Below, piece after piece: positions 47,206-58,980 of a stretch of 64,000 bases of DNA (the first letter of the stretch is position 1; each line of letters opens with the position of its first letter). The notes beneath the pieces were generated by a model. That model was not told where the DNA came from and made no database searches. It saw only the letters and a program-made list of their open reading frames with translations. Origin of the DNA: an uncultured Planctomycetota bacterium (GTDB taxonomy: Bacteria; Planctomycetota; Planctomycetia; Isosphaerales; Isosphaeraceae); NCBI GenBank assembly GCA_963823665.1, contig CAWGMQ010000006.1, positions 64,001 through 128,000 of the forward strand. Direction: 5' to 3'. The position numbers were made by a program, and so were the translations under genes.

Positions 47206-48678
47206 TCAGGCGAAGAACCTGGTCAGGGCTTCGGCTTTGACTAGCTCGCGGGGTTGGTTCAGGTGGTTGTAGACGATTGTCGCCGGATCGATGCCGAAGG
47301 CGTGATAGATGGAGGCAAGGAGCTCGCCGGGGTGGACGGGATCGGATATGGGGGCTGAACCGGTTTTGTCGGACTGGCCGTGGATGTGACCGCGGCGGAT
47401 GCCGGCGCCGGCCAGGACCGCGGTGTAGCAGTACGGCCAGTGATCACGACCATCGGCGCTGTTGCCGTTGCCGGAGGTGCTCACGCCCTTTTGCGGGCTG
47501 CGGCCGAACTCGCCGACGGCGACGACGAGCGTCGAGTCGAGCATGCCGCGCTGATCCAGGTCGGTGAGCAGGCCGGAGAGGCCCTGGTCGAGCATCGGGC
47601 CGGAGCGGTCGCGCATGCGGGTGGTCAGATCGACGTGGTGGTCCCAGGAGTGGTTGTCGGAGTTGGCGACCTTGGGCCAGATGACTTCGACGACCTTGGT
47701 GCCGGCCTCGATCAGCCGGCGGGCCAGCAGGCAGCTCTGGCCGAAGGTGTTTCGACCGTAGAGGTCGCGAACGGCGGCCGGCTCGTCCTGAATCTGGAAG
47801 GCATCGCGAGCACGGCCGGAGACGATGAGGGAGAGAGCACGGTCGTAATACTCGGGGAGCTTGTACTCGGCAACGGCCTTGTCGATATCCGGCATACCGG
47901 CGTTCAAGGCGTCACGAAGCTTGGCGCGGCGCTTCAGCCGCATGGCGAAGACCTCGGGGCGGAGCTGGAGGTCGTCGATCTTGATCTTGTCCATCTTCGC
48001 CATGTCCATGTCGTCGCCATCGGGATAAAGCGTGTACGGATCGTACGCCTTGCCCAGGAAGCCGGCCGAGCCGCCCTTGCCGACGACACCGCTTTCCTGG
48101 AGAGGACGCGGGAGCATCACGAACGGCAGCATCGGCTCGGTCGACGGCTGCAATTTGATGAGCTGCGAGCCGAAGTTCGGGAAATCCTTGGGGCTGGGGG
48201 GCTCGAGCTGGCCCGAGGGACTGACCTTGTCGGTCGTGTAGCCCGTCATCATCTGATAGATCGCCGCGGTGTGGTTGAATAGACCGTTGGGCGTGTAGCT
48301 CATCGATCGCACGAAGGTGAATTTGTCGGTGATTGCCGCGAGCTTGGGCAAGACTTCGGTCACCTGGATGCCCGGGACCTTGGTCGCGATGGGCTTGAAG
48401 ACGCTCCGGACGTTATCGGGAACGTTTTCTTTCGGATCCCACAAGTCGAGATGGCTGGGCCCACCTTGTAGATAGACCATGATGATGCCTTTGGCCTTAC
48501 CCCAGCCCGGCCCGCGGTTTGCCTCACCTGCCCGCGCCGAGACTGCCTGCAGCTCGAGCATCGAGCCGAGCCCCAGACCAAGCAGGCCTGATCCGCCGAC
48601 CCGCAGAATGTCGCGCCGCGAGACCGACAGGTGGGGGTCACAAAGATCCTTCGCAGGCTGTCCGGGTACGATGATCAT
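47206..48678 (-). CDS. DUF1501 domain protein with twin-arginine-like N-terminus
   Basis: [65 protein letters not shown] at 48678. Confidence 0.93.
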   Translation of the reverse strand: MIIVPGQPAKDLCDPHLSVSRRDILRVGGSGLLGLGLGSMLELQAVSARAGEANRGPGWGKAKGIIMVYLQGGPSHLDLWDPKENVPDNVRSVFKPIATKVPGIQVTEVLPKLAAITDKFTFVRSMSYTPNGLFNHTAAIYQMMTGYTTDKVSPSGQLEPPSPKDFPNFGSQLIKLQPSTEPMLPFVMLPRPLQESGVVGKGGSAGFLGKAYDPYTLYPDGDDMDMAKMDKIKIDDLQLRPEVFAMRLKRRAKLRDALNAGMPDIDKAVAEYKLPEYYDRALSLIVSGRARDAFQIQDEPAAVRDLYGRNTFGQSCLLARRLIEAGTKVVEVIWPKVANSDNHSWDHHVDLTTRMRDRSGPMLDQGLSGLLTDLDQRGMLDSTLVVAVGEFGRSPQKGVSTSGNGNSADGRDHWPYCYTAVLAGAGIRRGHIHGQSDKTGSAPISDPVHPGELLASIYHAFGIDPATIVYNHLNQPRELVKAEALTRFFA

Positions 48679-49078
48679 GGGATCACTCCATGGCATTGGG
48701 GGGCAGAATAACGGGAGGGACCACCGCCCAGGTGGCTTCGTCGGAGGTATCAAACAATTATTGTATCGAGCCGGAGGGGTTTTGTCGCCCCAAAAATTCT
48801 TGAGTTTATTGAAGTTCTTGGATCGAATGCGCGACGTTGCCTGGTCGTCGACCGGCGGCTGACGAAGGGCGACAATGGGGTGGGGCCGGGAGACCTGCGC
48901 AACAGCGGCAGAGGAGAGCCCCGCGTGCGCGGCACCTGCCCCCCTGCCCGCGAGGCGAGGCGATGGCGACGGAGGCGCCGCGCGGTGCTTTCGAAGCTCG
49001 CGAATAACTGTGCGATGGCGATAGTCTATCGGGGAGGAGCGCGGGAGCGGATGAAGGACCTCGGGGCCGGGGTCGGGT

Positions 49079-52000
49079 ATGGATGGGATCGGCGGGAATA
49101 AGGGTGATCGATTGGACGAACAGGCCGAGACGGTTGAGGCGACGCTCTGGGGACGCACTGGTTCCGCGGTGTGGCGGAGGCGGAAGGGGATTGGGTATGC
49201 GATTGCGGCGATTGTGGCGGCCTTGATGGTCGGGGCGGCGTCGATCGGGGGGTGGCGATACTATACCGAGTCGCGAATCGGGCGGGTGGAACTGCTCGCG
49301 GAGGGCGAGCCGGTTGTTGCCCAGGTGCTTGATGAGTCGGGTGATCTGGCGGTAGGTGAGCCGTTTGATCTGGCGACGCGGGCGGTCGTTTCGCTGCCTG
49401 GGGGGGATTACCGGCTGCGGGTGAACGGCGTGGGGCGGATCGGGCGGACGTATCGGTTCGCGGTCAATCGGGGGGAGACGCAGGCGTACACGGTCTCGAT
49501 CGATGAGGGTCGATTGCTGGGAGGCGAACGGGCGCAGGTTTCCGGGCGCGATGCTCGTCGTCGTCGGGCGCCGATTTCGTTTGCGCACGTTCTGGCGCGC
49601 GCGAGATCTTGCCAGGGAAGCCGGACTTCATTCAATTTGACGGGAAATCCTTGGTCCGCCGTGACGGGGCGACCGGCAGTGTGATCTGGGGTGCGTTTCA
49701 TCCGGCGAAGCCGTTTGCGAGCGATCGTGATCCTGTCCGCTGGATGCGCAATGACTTCGATCCGACACCGCCCGGGGGGCTGCTGGAACAGGTGCCCGAC
49801 CTGAACGGCGACGGGGTGGGGGACCTGGTTCTGTTCAACGCCCTGTCGCCGGCTGTGCTGGCGGTTTCGGGCAAGGACGGCTCGATGCTGTGGAACTACG
49901 TGGCCGAGCTCAATGGACTGGGCGGGCCGCGGGAGTTGTGCCCGGAGGCTGTTGCGCGGGTGCGGCCGCCGGGCGAGTTCGGCGCCGGTGGATCGGCGAT
50001 GATCGATGTGGATCACGACGGCACGCTCGACATTTGCGCGACATTTGTTTTCGAAAAGGCGATTCCTGCTGCGAAAGAGGACGGGGATTCTTCCCAGACT
50101 TTCGTTCAGATGGACCTTCGGCGGCGCCGGTCGCTTGTCGTGGGGCTATCCGGGCGATCGGGGCGCCCTCTGTGGACGCATCCGGTCGAGCCGGACTTTG
50201 TCGAGGTCAAGGGCGATGACGAGGTCAGGCCGGCTGAGGTCGTGCGCGGACGGCGGTCGAGTCTGCTGGCGTTCGTGGCGCAGACGCAGTGGATGGGGCT
50301 CGACCCGGGTACGGGCCGTGTGCAGGCGGGGCCACTCGAGCTTGACTTCACGCCGGCGCGGCCGGTTGCACACGCCGACCTTGATGGGGACGGAGAACCT
50401 GAGATCGTAACGATTGAAACGGGGCCGGGCGGGAGAGATTGGACGTTGCGGGTCTGGTCGATCGGGGGCGGGCACCCGGTATGGAGCCAGACGATTGATG
50501 CCGCGTTTGACTCGTCGGACGGGTCGTCGGTGTTCGGTCACCCGTCGGACGGGACGCCGCCCTGCTGTCCGCTCGTTGCCGATCTTGATGGGGACGGGCG
50601 GTCCGAGGTTGTGGTGCCCGATGCCGGGCCGATGCCGCCGCTGGCGGGCTACCGGGGAGTGCGGCTGCTCGATGGGCGCTACGGTGCGACGCGGTGGCGG
50701 CGGGCGTTGCGGGTGGAATCCGAGCAGGAGGATGGGGTGGCGGAGATCATCGCGGCACCCGATCTCGACGGCGACGGGACGCGGGAGGTTGTGATTGTTT
50801 CGCTCCTGCTCGCCCCGGAGTCGCAGGCGCGGATCAAGCAAAGGCAACGGCCGGAGCCGGAGCGCATCTGGGTCGATGTGCTCTCGGGCAAGGACGGCCG
50901 CCCGCTGTGGTGGTGGAATGTGGATGTTCCCGATGACAACCTCAGCCGCATCTGGACGCCCTTCTGGTGGGGACGCGGGCCCGATGGATGGCCGCTGCTG
51001 GCAATTCCAGTGGGCGGGAGTGACGAACTCGGGCCCGCGTCTTCATATGGTCCTGACACGATGAATGAGGTTGTTCATTTGCTCGAAGCTTCGACCGGGC
51101 GCGAGCGGCATGCGATCAACGGGCTCAAACGAGCGAGCCTGGCAGACCTGGATGGCGACGGCCTGGACGATCTGTGGGGGGACGTGGATGGGGAGCTGCG
51201 GGCGTTTCGGGGCGAGGGGGCGGAGCTATGGCGTACTCTGGGCTCGTTTCAGCCGGCGGTGCCATCGGAGTATCGCTGGGACGCGAAGGGCTCAGCGCTC
51301 ATCGATCTGGATGGCGACGGGATTGGTGATGTGGTCAGCGCGGATCTTGAAGCGCCTTCTTTCTGGTCAGCGGATCGGAGCGGGAGCCGAACGGCACTGG
51401 CGCGGTCGGGTCGTGATGGGCATGTGATCTGGAAGACCGCGCTCGATGACTGGGAGAGCTGGCTTTTGCCCGATCGAGGGGAAACTTACACGCTGGCCGC
51501 ATTCCCGTTGCCGGCGGGCGACTTCAACGGAGACGGGACGCCGGACGTGATCGTGACGAAAGAGGAAACGGATGATGACGCCATGGCGGCGATCCAAGCG
51601 ACGACACTGCCGGTGCGGGTTCTATCGGGGCGGACGGGGGCCAGGTTGTGGGCGTCGGGTTCCTTGCCAAGAGGGGTGCGATCGCAGGACGGAATGGCCA
51701 TCATGTCGGCCGACGCGCGGATGGTCGAGCCGGGCGGAGCGCCTGACTTGATTGTTTGCCATCGGGGCTCGTACGTCGCGCCTGGCGCGATGGCACCGGG
51801 CCGGGCGGGTATCGTGAGGGAGAGATTGGCGAGGCTTTCGGGGCGCGATGGGCGGGTGATGTGGGACGTCAGCCTTTCCGAGAAGGACGGCGGAACTTCG
51901 CTCGTGGATGTCGCGCCACGCGACGACTACGACCTGGACGGCGACGGCGGAGGGGACATCGTGCTGGGGCCGTCGAGCTCGGCCAACGTCGACGAGTCTG

Positions 52001-53406
52001 ACCGCGCGGTGATTGCGATCTCCTTGCGGGATGGAAAGCGGATCTGGTCGCGGCCTCTGGAGAATTCCTTCAGCACTCGGTTTGAAATCGTGGTCGCGGC
52101 GGGCGAGGGACCGGGCCGCGGGAATGTCATTGTCCTGGACGAGCTGGACGGGGGCGACCGGTTGGACTTGCGTGTGCGTGCGTTCGATACACAGAGCGGA
52201 GAGCCAGGCTGGAGCACGAAGCCGAGCGCGCTGCGGGCGAGCAGGCCGAGCAACGCGGCGATGGTGTTGGCCGATTTCGGTGGGAACAAGAATCCGTTCG
52301 TTTGCGTGTGCTTCTCGGTGCCGGGCGGAACTCGGCGGATTGTGGTGCTGGGGCCGAGCGGCGAAGAACTCGCGCGACGCGAATGGAAGTGGAAGGGAAA
52401 TGACGGGGGCGGGCTCTTCGCGGCGGACATGAACGGCGATGGCCGCGACGAGCTGGTGGCGTGGGGTGGGGGCCGGCTTCAAATCTTGGACCGTGAGCTG
52501 AAGGATGTGTGGGCGCGCGAGATTGAACCCGTCACGATGGTTCTCGATCTGAAGGGCCGAGTCGGACGCGGGCGCGAGGTGATGATTTCGCCGGCGCTTG
52601 GGCTTGACGCGGCGACCGGGCGGCCGAAGTGGACCGGGCCGGCGCCGCTCGTGGCTCGTCAATTTGTGCCGTATCTGCTCGATCCGGGTGATTCGACGCG
52701 GGGGCCTCGTTTGATCGCGAACAGCCTGAACGCGACGGTTTGCCGGATGGCGATGGAGACGAGTTTGGATGGCAGAATTGCGGAGCCGCGGGGGAGGGTT
52801 GTGAAGGCTGGGAACGCGGCGGATGACCCGCGCTGGAGACGACCGCTGCCGTGGGTGACGGGGCTCACGGGGGCGTTTGGTCCGTGGGGGTTATTGACGG
52901 CCATGGGGCTTGCGGTTGTGTCTGTGTATATGCCGATTTTGGTTATTCGGCTGGCTCGTGGGCGGAGGCGGAAATACACGATCCGGGCGCTCATGAGTGC
53001 GCCCGTCGCGGCGGCGATTCCGCTGCTGGTTTATCTGACGGTCGTGGCGCGGCTGCCTCGTCTGAGTGAGAGCCCGCTGCTGGCGACGGATGGGAGAGTG
53101 TTTGTGACTGGGACGCTCGTGGGGGTGCCGATTGTGGCTTGCGTGATGTGGATCGGGGTGAGTGTGGTGCGGCGGCGGTGGTGGTTGGTTGGGTTGATTG
53201 GGGTTGGTGTGATCGCGACGATCTTGGTTGCGGGAGGGTGGATGTGGGTGGATCGGAAGGCGATGGCGGTGGGCTTCGAGCATTATGAGTGGGACAGGTG
53301 GGGGTTGGTGGTGATGGCGGGGGGGTATGCGGCGGCGGTGATTTGGATGGTGGGGGTTGGGGTTTATGGTTGGGTTCGGAGGTTGAACAGAAGGGAACGA
53401 AGATAA
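49079..53406 (+). CDS. Array copy 7; frameshift near 49600
   Basis: ORFs 49079..49684 and 49609..53406. Confidence 0.85.
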
Positions 53407-53477
53407 CGAAGGGGGCGAGAGGGCAGCGGCATTCGTCGGTGAAGAGTTTTCTTTGGTGCGGGCTTTGACGTGTTGGG

Positions 53478-53552
53478 AGTAAGGGTGAAGGTAAGAGTTG
53501 GATCAGGTTTGAGATTGAGATTAAGATTAAGATTAAGATGTCGGAATAAGAT
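53478..53552. repeat. Degenerate GATTAA/GATTGA hexamer tract between copies 7 and 8
   Basis: gagattgagattaagattaagattaagatg. Confidence 0.8.
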
Positions 53553-53707
53553 CATGGTACGCTGATCGGGGATTCGGTCGGTGGTTGGGCGGGTGTGGGA
53601 CGGGGGGATCGGGCTGACGGCCGAGGTTGGAGGACTTGCGTCCCGTCCGAACCACGCACTGACGGGCGTGGTCGTGTGGTTCGAGGCGGCGGGGGTTCCT
53701 TTTCGAG

Positions 53708-56700
53708 ATGGACGATCGGCGCGCCGGGGACATGTTGGGGGCTGGGCGACTGCGGGGGATCGTGCGTGTCGGTCGCTGGGTCCTGGATCGGGCTCACGAG
53801 CGTGGGGCGGCGGTTCGCTATTTCGCGCTGGGCGCTGCGTTCACGCTCGCGGTGATTGCGGCCGTGGTCGGGGGATTGCGGCTCTACGGGGAGTGGAGGA
53901 TCGGGCGCGTCGAGCTGATCGTCGAGGGGGAGCCGGTGGTGGGGCAAGTGCTGGCCGATGGGTCGGACACTGCCGTTGGCGAGCCGTTTGATCTGGTGAG
54001 CCGCGCGGTGCTGGCGCTGCCTGATGGGGAATACCGGCTTCGGGTTGAAGGGAAGGGACGTGTGGGGCGGACCTATCGGTTTGCGGTGAATCGGGGGGAG
54101 ACGCAAACTCACGAGATTTCGCTCGACGAGGGGCGATTGCTCGGCGGCGAGCGGCGAGCGGCAGACGCGGACGAGGGAAGGCAGGGGCACGGGCACTCGC
54201 GGATTCGGTTCGCGCCCGGGACCCTTGCGCTCGAGCTTCGGCCGGGGCGGGCGGATTTGATCGAGTGGTCGGCGACTTCTTTGATTTGCCGGGATGGATC
54301 GACCGGGAAGGTGCGGTGGGATGCGCTTCATCCTGCGGTGCCGTTTGACGGCAAGCGTGATCCCGGGGCATGGCTGGCGGACGGATTGCTCGCGAGCGGG
54401 GCAAGTGGGCTCCTATCTCCGGCTCTTGATCTCGACGGCGATGGAACGGGCGACTTGCTCTGGTATACGCGCGCATTGCCCGCCCTCGTGGCGCTTTCCG
54501 GCAGGGACGGGGCGATTTTGTGGAATTACGTGGCCGAGCTGGACGGGCCGGGTGGACCCCGCAGCGATCGGGCGGCGGCGGCGCGCACCAGGAACCGGTC
54601 GTCCAGGATCAGCGGAATTGCCGGTCGGCCGCTGGTGACGGACGTTGATCATGACGGCCGGCCGGACCTGCTGGCGACGGTTGTGTTCTCGGAATCGAGG
54701 GAGGAGCACGCGCGGCGGACCGCGGCGCGCGGTGTCGGATCATCATTCGAGAAACGTGTGCTGGTGGCGGTCTCGGGCCGATCTGGGGCGGAGATCTGGA
54801 GGCACGCGCTCGACGGGAAGTTTGTCGAGCTGCCGCGGGAGCGGCATATCAAACTGCCGGTGATGGTGCACGGCCGGCGGTCAACCCCGATCGGCTATCT
54901 CAACGGAACGCAATGGTCTGGACTCGACCCGGCAACCGGGCGGGTGCAGGGCGAGCCAATCGAGCTGGGCTTCGTGCCGGTCGCTCCGGTTCAGCATGCA
55001 GACCTCGATGGAGATGGAGAGCCCGAGATCGTGGCGCTCGGACCGGGGAGCTCGGACGAGCTGAGTACGCTGCATGCGGTTTCCATCAAAACACGCCGCG
55101 AGCTATGGGCCGTGGACGTCTCTGCCGCATGCGACGTATATCAGAATATGATTCCGTATGGCTTGCCGTCGTTCTGGGATGATCGCCGTCCTGCCCTTTT
55201 CCCGTTGATAGCGGATCTGGATGGCGACGGCCGGTCGGAGATCGTGGCGGCGGACTCGGGTGCATTGGCGTCGCGCGCTGGTTATCGTGGGGTTCGTCTC
55301 ATCGATGGCTTGAGCGGCAAGACGCGGTGGCGGCGACCGATGCGGCCGGAGAACAGCGTGGGGGATGGACTCTCGCATCTCATCGCGGCGCCGGACCTGG
55401 ATGGCGACGGCATTCGAGACGTGCTGGTCATTTCTCGATACGCGGGGCGGCATCCGCTGGCGGGCTCCAAGGCGGACACGGAAGAACCCGTGCGTGTGTA
55501 TGTCGACGCGTTATCGGGCAAGGACGGCCGAGCTCTGTGGTGGTGGCACACGGACCTGGCCGAGAAGAAGCTCGCGTACATCCGGGCGCCCTTGTGGTGG
55601 GGACGAGGACCTGATGGGTGGCCGATGGTGGCAATTGCGCTCGGCGGTGCTCACGATGGGCTAATCGGCCGACGTGCGGGCGGCCGTGATGTTGCGCCGG
55701 GCGTCGTGCACCTGCTGGAGGCAACGACGGGGAGCGAGCGGCACCGGGTGCCGGGGCTGGCGCAGGTGAAATGCGATGATTTGGACGGCGACGGGCTACT
55801 TGATCTTTGGGGTGAGGTGGACGGGGAGCTGCGCGCGTTCCGCGGGGAGGCGCCGGAGGCCTGGCGGGTGCTGGGCCGATTTGCGCCGGCGGGAGGAGAC
55901 CAGTACACTGATCGAGCCGGAGAGGGCCGGGGTGTTGATTTCGATGGAGATGGAATTGCCGATACGTTGATCGGATATCCGGGCGAGCGCGGCGGACCGG
56001 GGTCTCGGCTGAGTGGCAGTCGCACTGTGGCGGCTCGGTCTGGGCGAGACGGGCGCTTGATCTGGAAGAGTTTCGTCGACGCGCGGGGGAGCTGGTTCAA
56101 CCCGACGGGCCGGGATGATTATGAGCTGAGCGAGCTGGCAGTGCCGGCCGGCGATCTCGACGGGGACGGCACCGCTGATGTGATCGTTCGGAAGCTGGCC
56201 GCGAGCGGATCGTCACCAACCCGGTCTCGTTCGTCTGCGGCGATCGAGCTGCTTTCGGGCAAGAGCGGTACGAAGTTGTGGTCGGTGAGCTTTCTGCCGG
56301 ACGGCGCCGGTGCCTGGCCGAGCGATTGGGTCGAGCCGTGTGCGATCGAGCCAAACGGTACGTCGGACTTGATCGTGCAGAGCGGACAGGGGGAGAGCGT
56401 GCGGCTGGCGAGAGTGTCGGGGCGGAATGGACGGATTGTCTGGGACGTCGACATCGCGAGGGAACGTCGCGTCGAGATTCGCGTCGAGAATCTGCCGCAC
56501 TTCCTGGCTGATCTGGACGGGGACGGCGGGCTCGACGCCCTCACTGTGCTGCCGCACGCCGATCAGCCTGGATACACGCTGGCCGCAGTTTCACTGCGTG
56601 AGGGTAAGCCACTCTGGTCGCGGGCGGTGACGCTGCGGGGGGAATTCGTCCGCCTGGGCGAAATTCGGGTCGGCGACATCGATGGAGACAAGCGGTGCGA

Positions 56701-58068
56701 GGTCGTGGTACTTGACGGCTTCGGTGGTGAACGCGGCAAGATCGACGTTGGTGTTCGCGCATTCGACGGGCGCGACGGCACACTTCGCTGGACGTGGAAG
56801 CCGGGCGCGGGCGCAGGATTGCGGACGACGGGCAGGCGATCGCTCTGGCGAATTTCGAGGGGCGGGGCATCCGGAGCGTATGCGTGGCGTGCGGTGTGGC
56901 GACGTTGAGCGGCCTGGAGCGAAGGACTGTTGTGCTTGGGGCTGATGGACAAGAGCGGCTGCAACATGCGGTGGCTCTCTCTCGCGATGGTCTCTTCGGC
57001 GCGGCTGATCTTGATGGCGACGGCAAGGATGAACTGGTGGGAACGGTCATGGAGAGGGGCTCGTTTGTGAGCCGCGTCTGCGCGTGGGACCGAGACTTGA
57101 CGGAGCTGTGGAGCTGGCCGGCGCGAACGAACGCGGGTGCGGGGCGGACTGTCGTATTTGAAGGCACGGACCAGCGGGTTATGCGATCTCGAACGATCGA
57201 GCGGATTTTACCCGCTTCGTGGGGCCGGGCGGCACGCGTGATCGTTACGCCGGGGCTGGGGGTCGACGGAGCGACGGGCCGACTACTCTGGAAAGGGCAG
57301 GCCGCGCTGGAAACTCACTCTGTCCCGACGCTGCTTGATGCCGGTGATGACTCGGGCGGGGGTGCGCGGTTGATCGGTCATGGAGCGGGGGGCGCGACCG
57401 TTTGTCGCGTGGTGATGGCGACGGATGCGGAGGGGATGGTTGCTCCAGCGCGGGGGCGAGTGTGGGTGGCTGCGGGTGGGGCGCCTGACCCGCGCTGGAT
57501 GAGGCCGCTGCCTTGGAAGAGGCGGCTGGAAGGATTTTTCGGGCCGACGGCGTTTGTGGCGGCGGGTGGCCTGGCGCTAGTGAACGTGGTGTTGCCGCTG
57601 CTGGGGCTGTGGTTTGCGATCGGGCGGCGCCGGGTTTTTCGAGTCTGGGCACTCTTGGTGGTGCCAGTGGCGGCTGCGGTGCCGCTCATGGTTTATCTGG
57701 GTTTGGCGCCGTGGCTGCCGGTGGGGGAGTCGAGGTGGATCGCAACGGAATGGAGCGTGTTTTGTGCGGGTACGCTGGCTGGGGTGCCGGTGGTGATGGG
57801 GTGGTGGTGGGTCGTGGCTGCCGTCGTACGAGGGAGGTGGAGGCAGGTTTTGGAGATGGTCGGGTTGGTGGTGGTGGCGACCATGTTGGTGGCGGGGGGG
57901 TGGATGTGGGTCGATCGGAAGGCGATGGCGGTGAACCTCGAGCATTATGACTGGGAGGGGTGGGGCTTGGTGTTTTTGGTGGGGGGGTATGGGGCGGCCG
58001 TGGTTTGGGGGGTGGGGGTTGGGGTTTATGGGTTGATTCGGAGTTTGAACAGACGTGAACGACGGTAA
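53708..58068 (+). CDS. Array copy 8; frameshift near 56820
   Basis: ORFs 53708..56908 and 56794..58068. Confidence 0.85.
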
Positions 58069-58078
58069 CGAAGTCGGA

Positions 58079-58122
58079 TTGGGACTGAGATTAGGATTAA
58101 GATTAGGATTAAGATAAGGATT
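58079..58122. repeat. GATTAG/GATTAA hexamer tract after copy 8
   Basis: gagattaggattaagattaggattaagataagga. Confidence 0.85.
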
Positions 58123-58153
58123 TCTCGGGGCACGTCGAAAGCTGAAGGCGATC

Positions 58154-58315
58154 ATGAGTGGGCGGATCAAGATACGGGGGACGGTCAACGCCGACGGGAC
58201 GCTGGAGCTGGACCACAAGATCGCGATGCCCGCGGGGCGTGTGGTGGTGACATTGCGGCCCGCGCTTCAGCCTGTCCCCGGTGACCCCTTCTGGGGCTTG
58301 ATGGGTCGGATCTAG
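58154..58315 (+). pseudogene. Short ORF (53 aa), probable truncated antitoxin-like small protein
   Basis: Manual translation MSGRIKIRGTVNADGTLELDHKIAMPAGRVVVTLRPALQPVPGDPFWGLMGRI*. From recollection, it resembles small planctomycete proteins found upstream of PIN toxins. Confidence 0.4.
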
Positions 58316-58492
58316 GACGGTCATGGGCGGCGCAGACTTTCGTCCGAGGCGAAACCGCGAACGGATACCTCGATCAAACCACTGAGTAGCGATCTCGATT
58401 GGGAGTTTTAGTCGGTCGGGGTCGATTCGTTTGGGAGGAATGTGGGTTCGCGGCGAGGGTCCCGAATCCTGGAGAGTGTCGGACTGTGCTGA

Positions 58493-58864
58493 TCACCAGG
58501 GTCTCATGGGCGTCAGATTAATCGAGTCGAACTCGGCAGAGGGCGGCGGAGGGTCGGGCATCACGGGAAGCCAAGGGAAACGTTCGGCCTGCTCATACTT
58601 CTTTATCAGCATGGTGTCATAGGCTTGGTAGGGGGCGATCCGCATGGCGTGCTCGTGCCTCCGCTGCTTTCTGTGCTCGCCACCTGGCCCGGAGTAGGCG
58701 AAGATCGAGCGAAGCGCGACTCGAGACTTGTAGTGCGCAACCCTTTCGTGAAAGCGGGCGCGTCGACGCTCCCCCTCGATCGTCACGCCGATGAGCAGTG
58801 CGATCGCTGCAATTGCTAGCATGATTCCTCGGATTTTGAATCGCAGCCGGAAACGCAACACGAC
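58493..58864 (-). CDS. Small single-TM protein with RFxIRxxMxxxA N-terminus and KYExAxRxPWLPVxPDPPP C-terminus
   Basis: Motifs in ORF 58493..58921. Start uncertain. Confidence 0.7.
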   Translation of the reverse strand, partial: VVLRFRLRFKIRGIMLAIAAIALLIGVTIEGERRRARFHERVAHYKSRVALRSIFAYSGPGGEHRKQRRHEHAMRIAPYQAYDTMLIKKYEQAERFPWLPVMPDPPPPSAEFDSINLTPMRPW

Positions 58865-58980
58865 GCCACCTCTTTGTCTGCGCCCGATCACCTGAGTGCG
58901 GCCACGGAGAGAAGTGCGCAAGAAGGGCGGAGCGCGCGGAGTCAGGCTCTTCGTGGGGGCCGGGGTCGGTGCCTCGCGCG

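Noticed and set aside
48679..49158. N-terminal extensions of the ORF calls for DUF1501 (and likewise 5687-5971, 12297-12446, 62026-62394)
   Set aside because: Low-complexity translations upstream of clear family N-termini or signal peptides; internal ATGs chosen instead.
14280..56830. Frameshifts in 7 of 8 array copies as phase variation, programmed frameshifting or pseudogenisation
   Set aside because: Similar indels hit hemY, the M1 peptidase and the ECF gene. Positions differ between copies and show no shared slippery site, so long-read assembly error is the simpler explanation. Read polishing is needed to settle it.
20689..58068. Diversity-generating retroelement or invertase shufflon acting on the array
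   Set aside because: No reverse transcriptase or recombinase in the window, no template/variable repeat pair with adenine-specific differences seen, and all copies are co-oriented.
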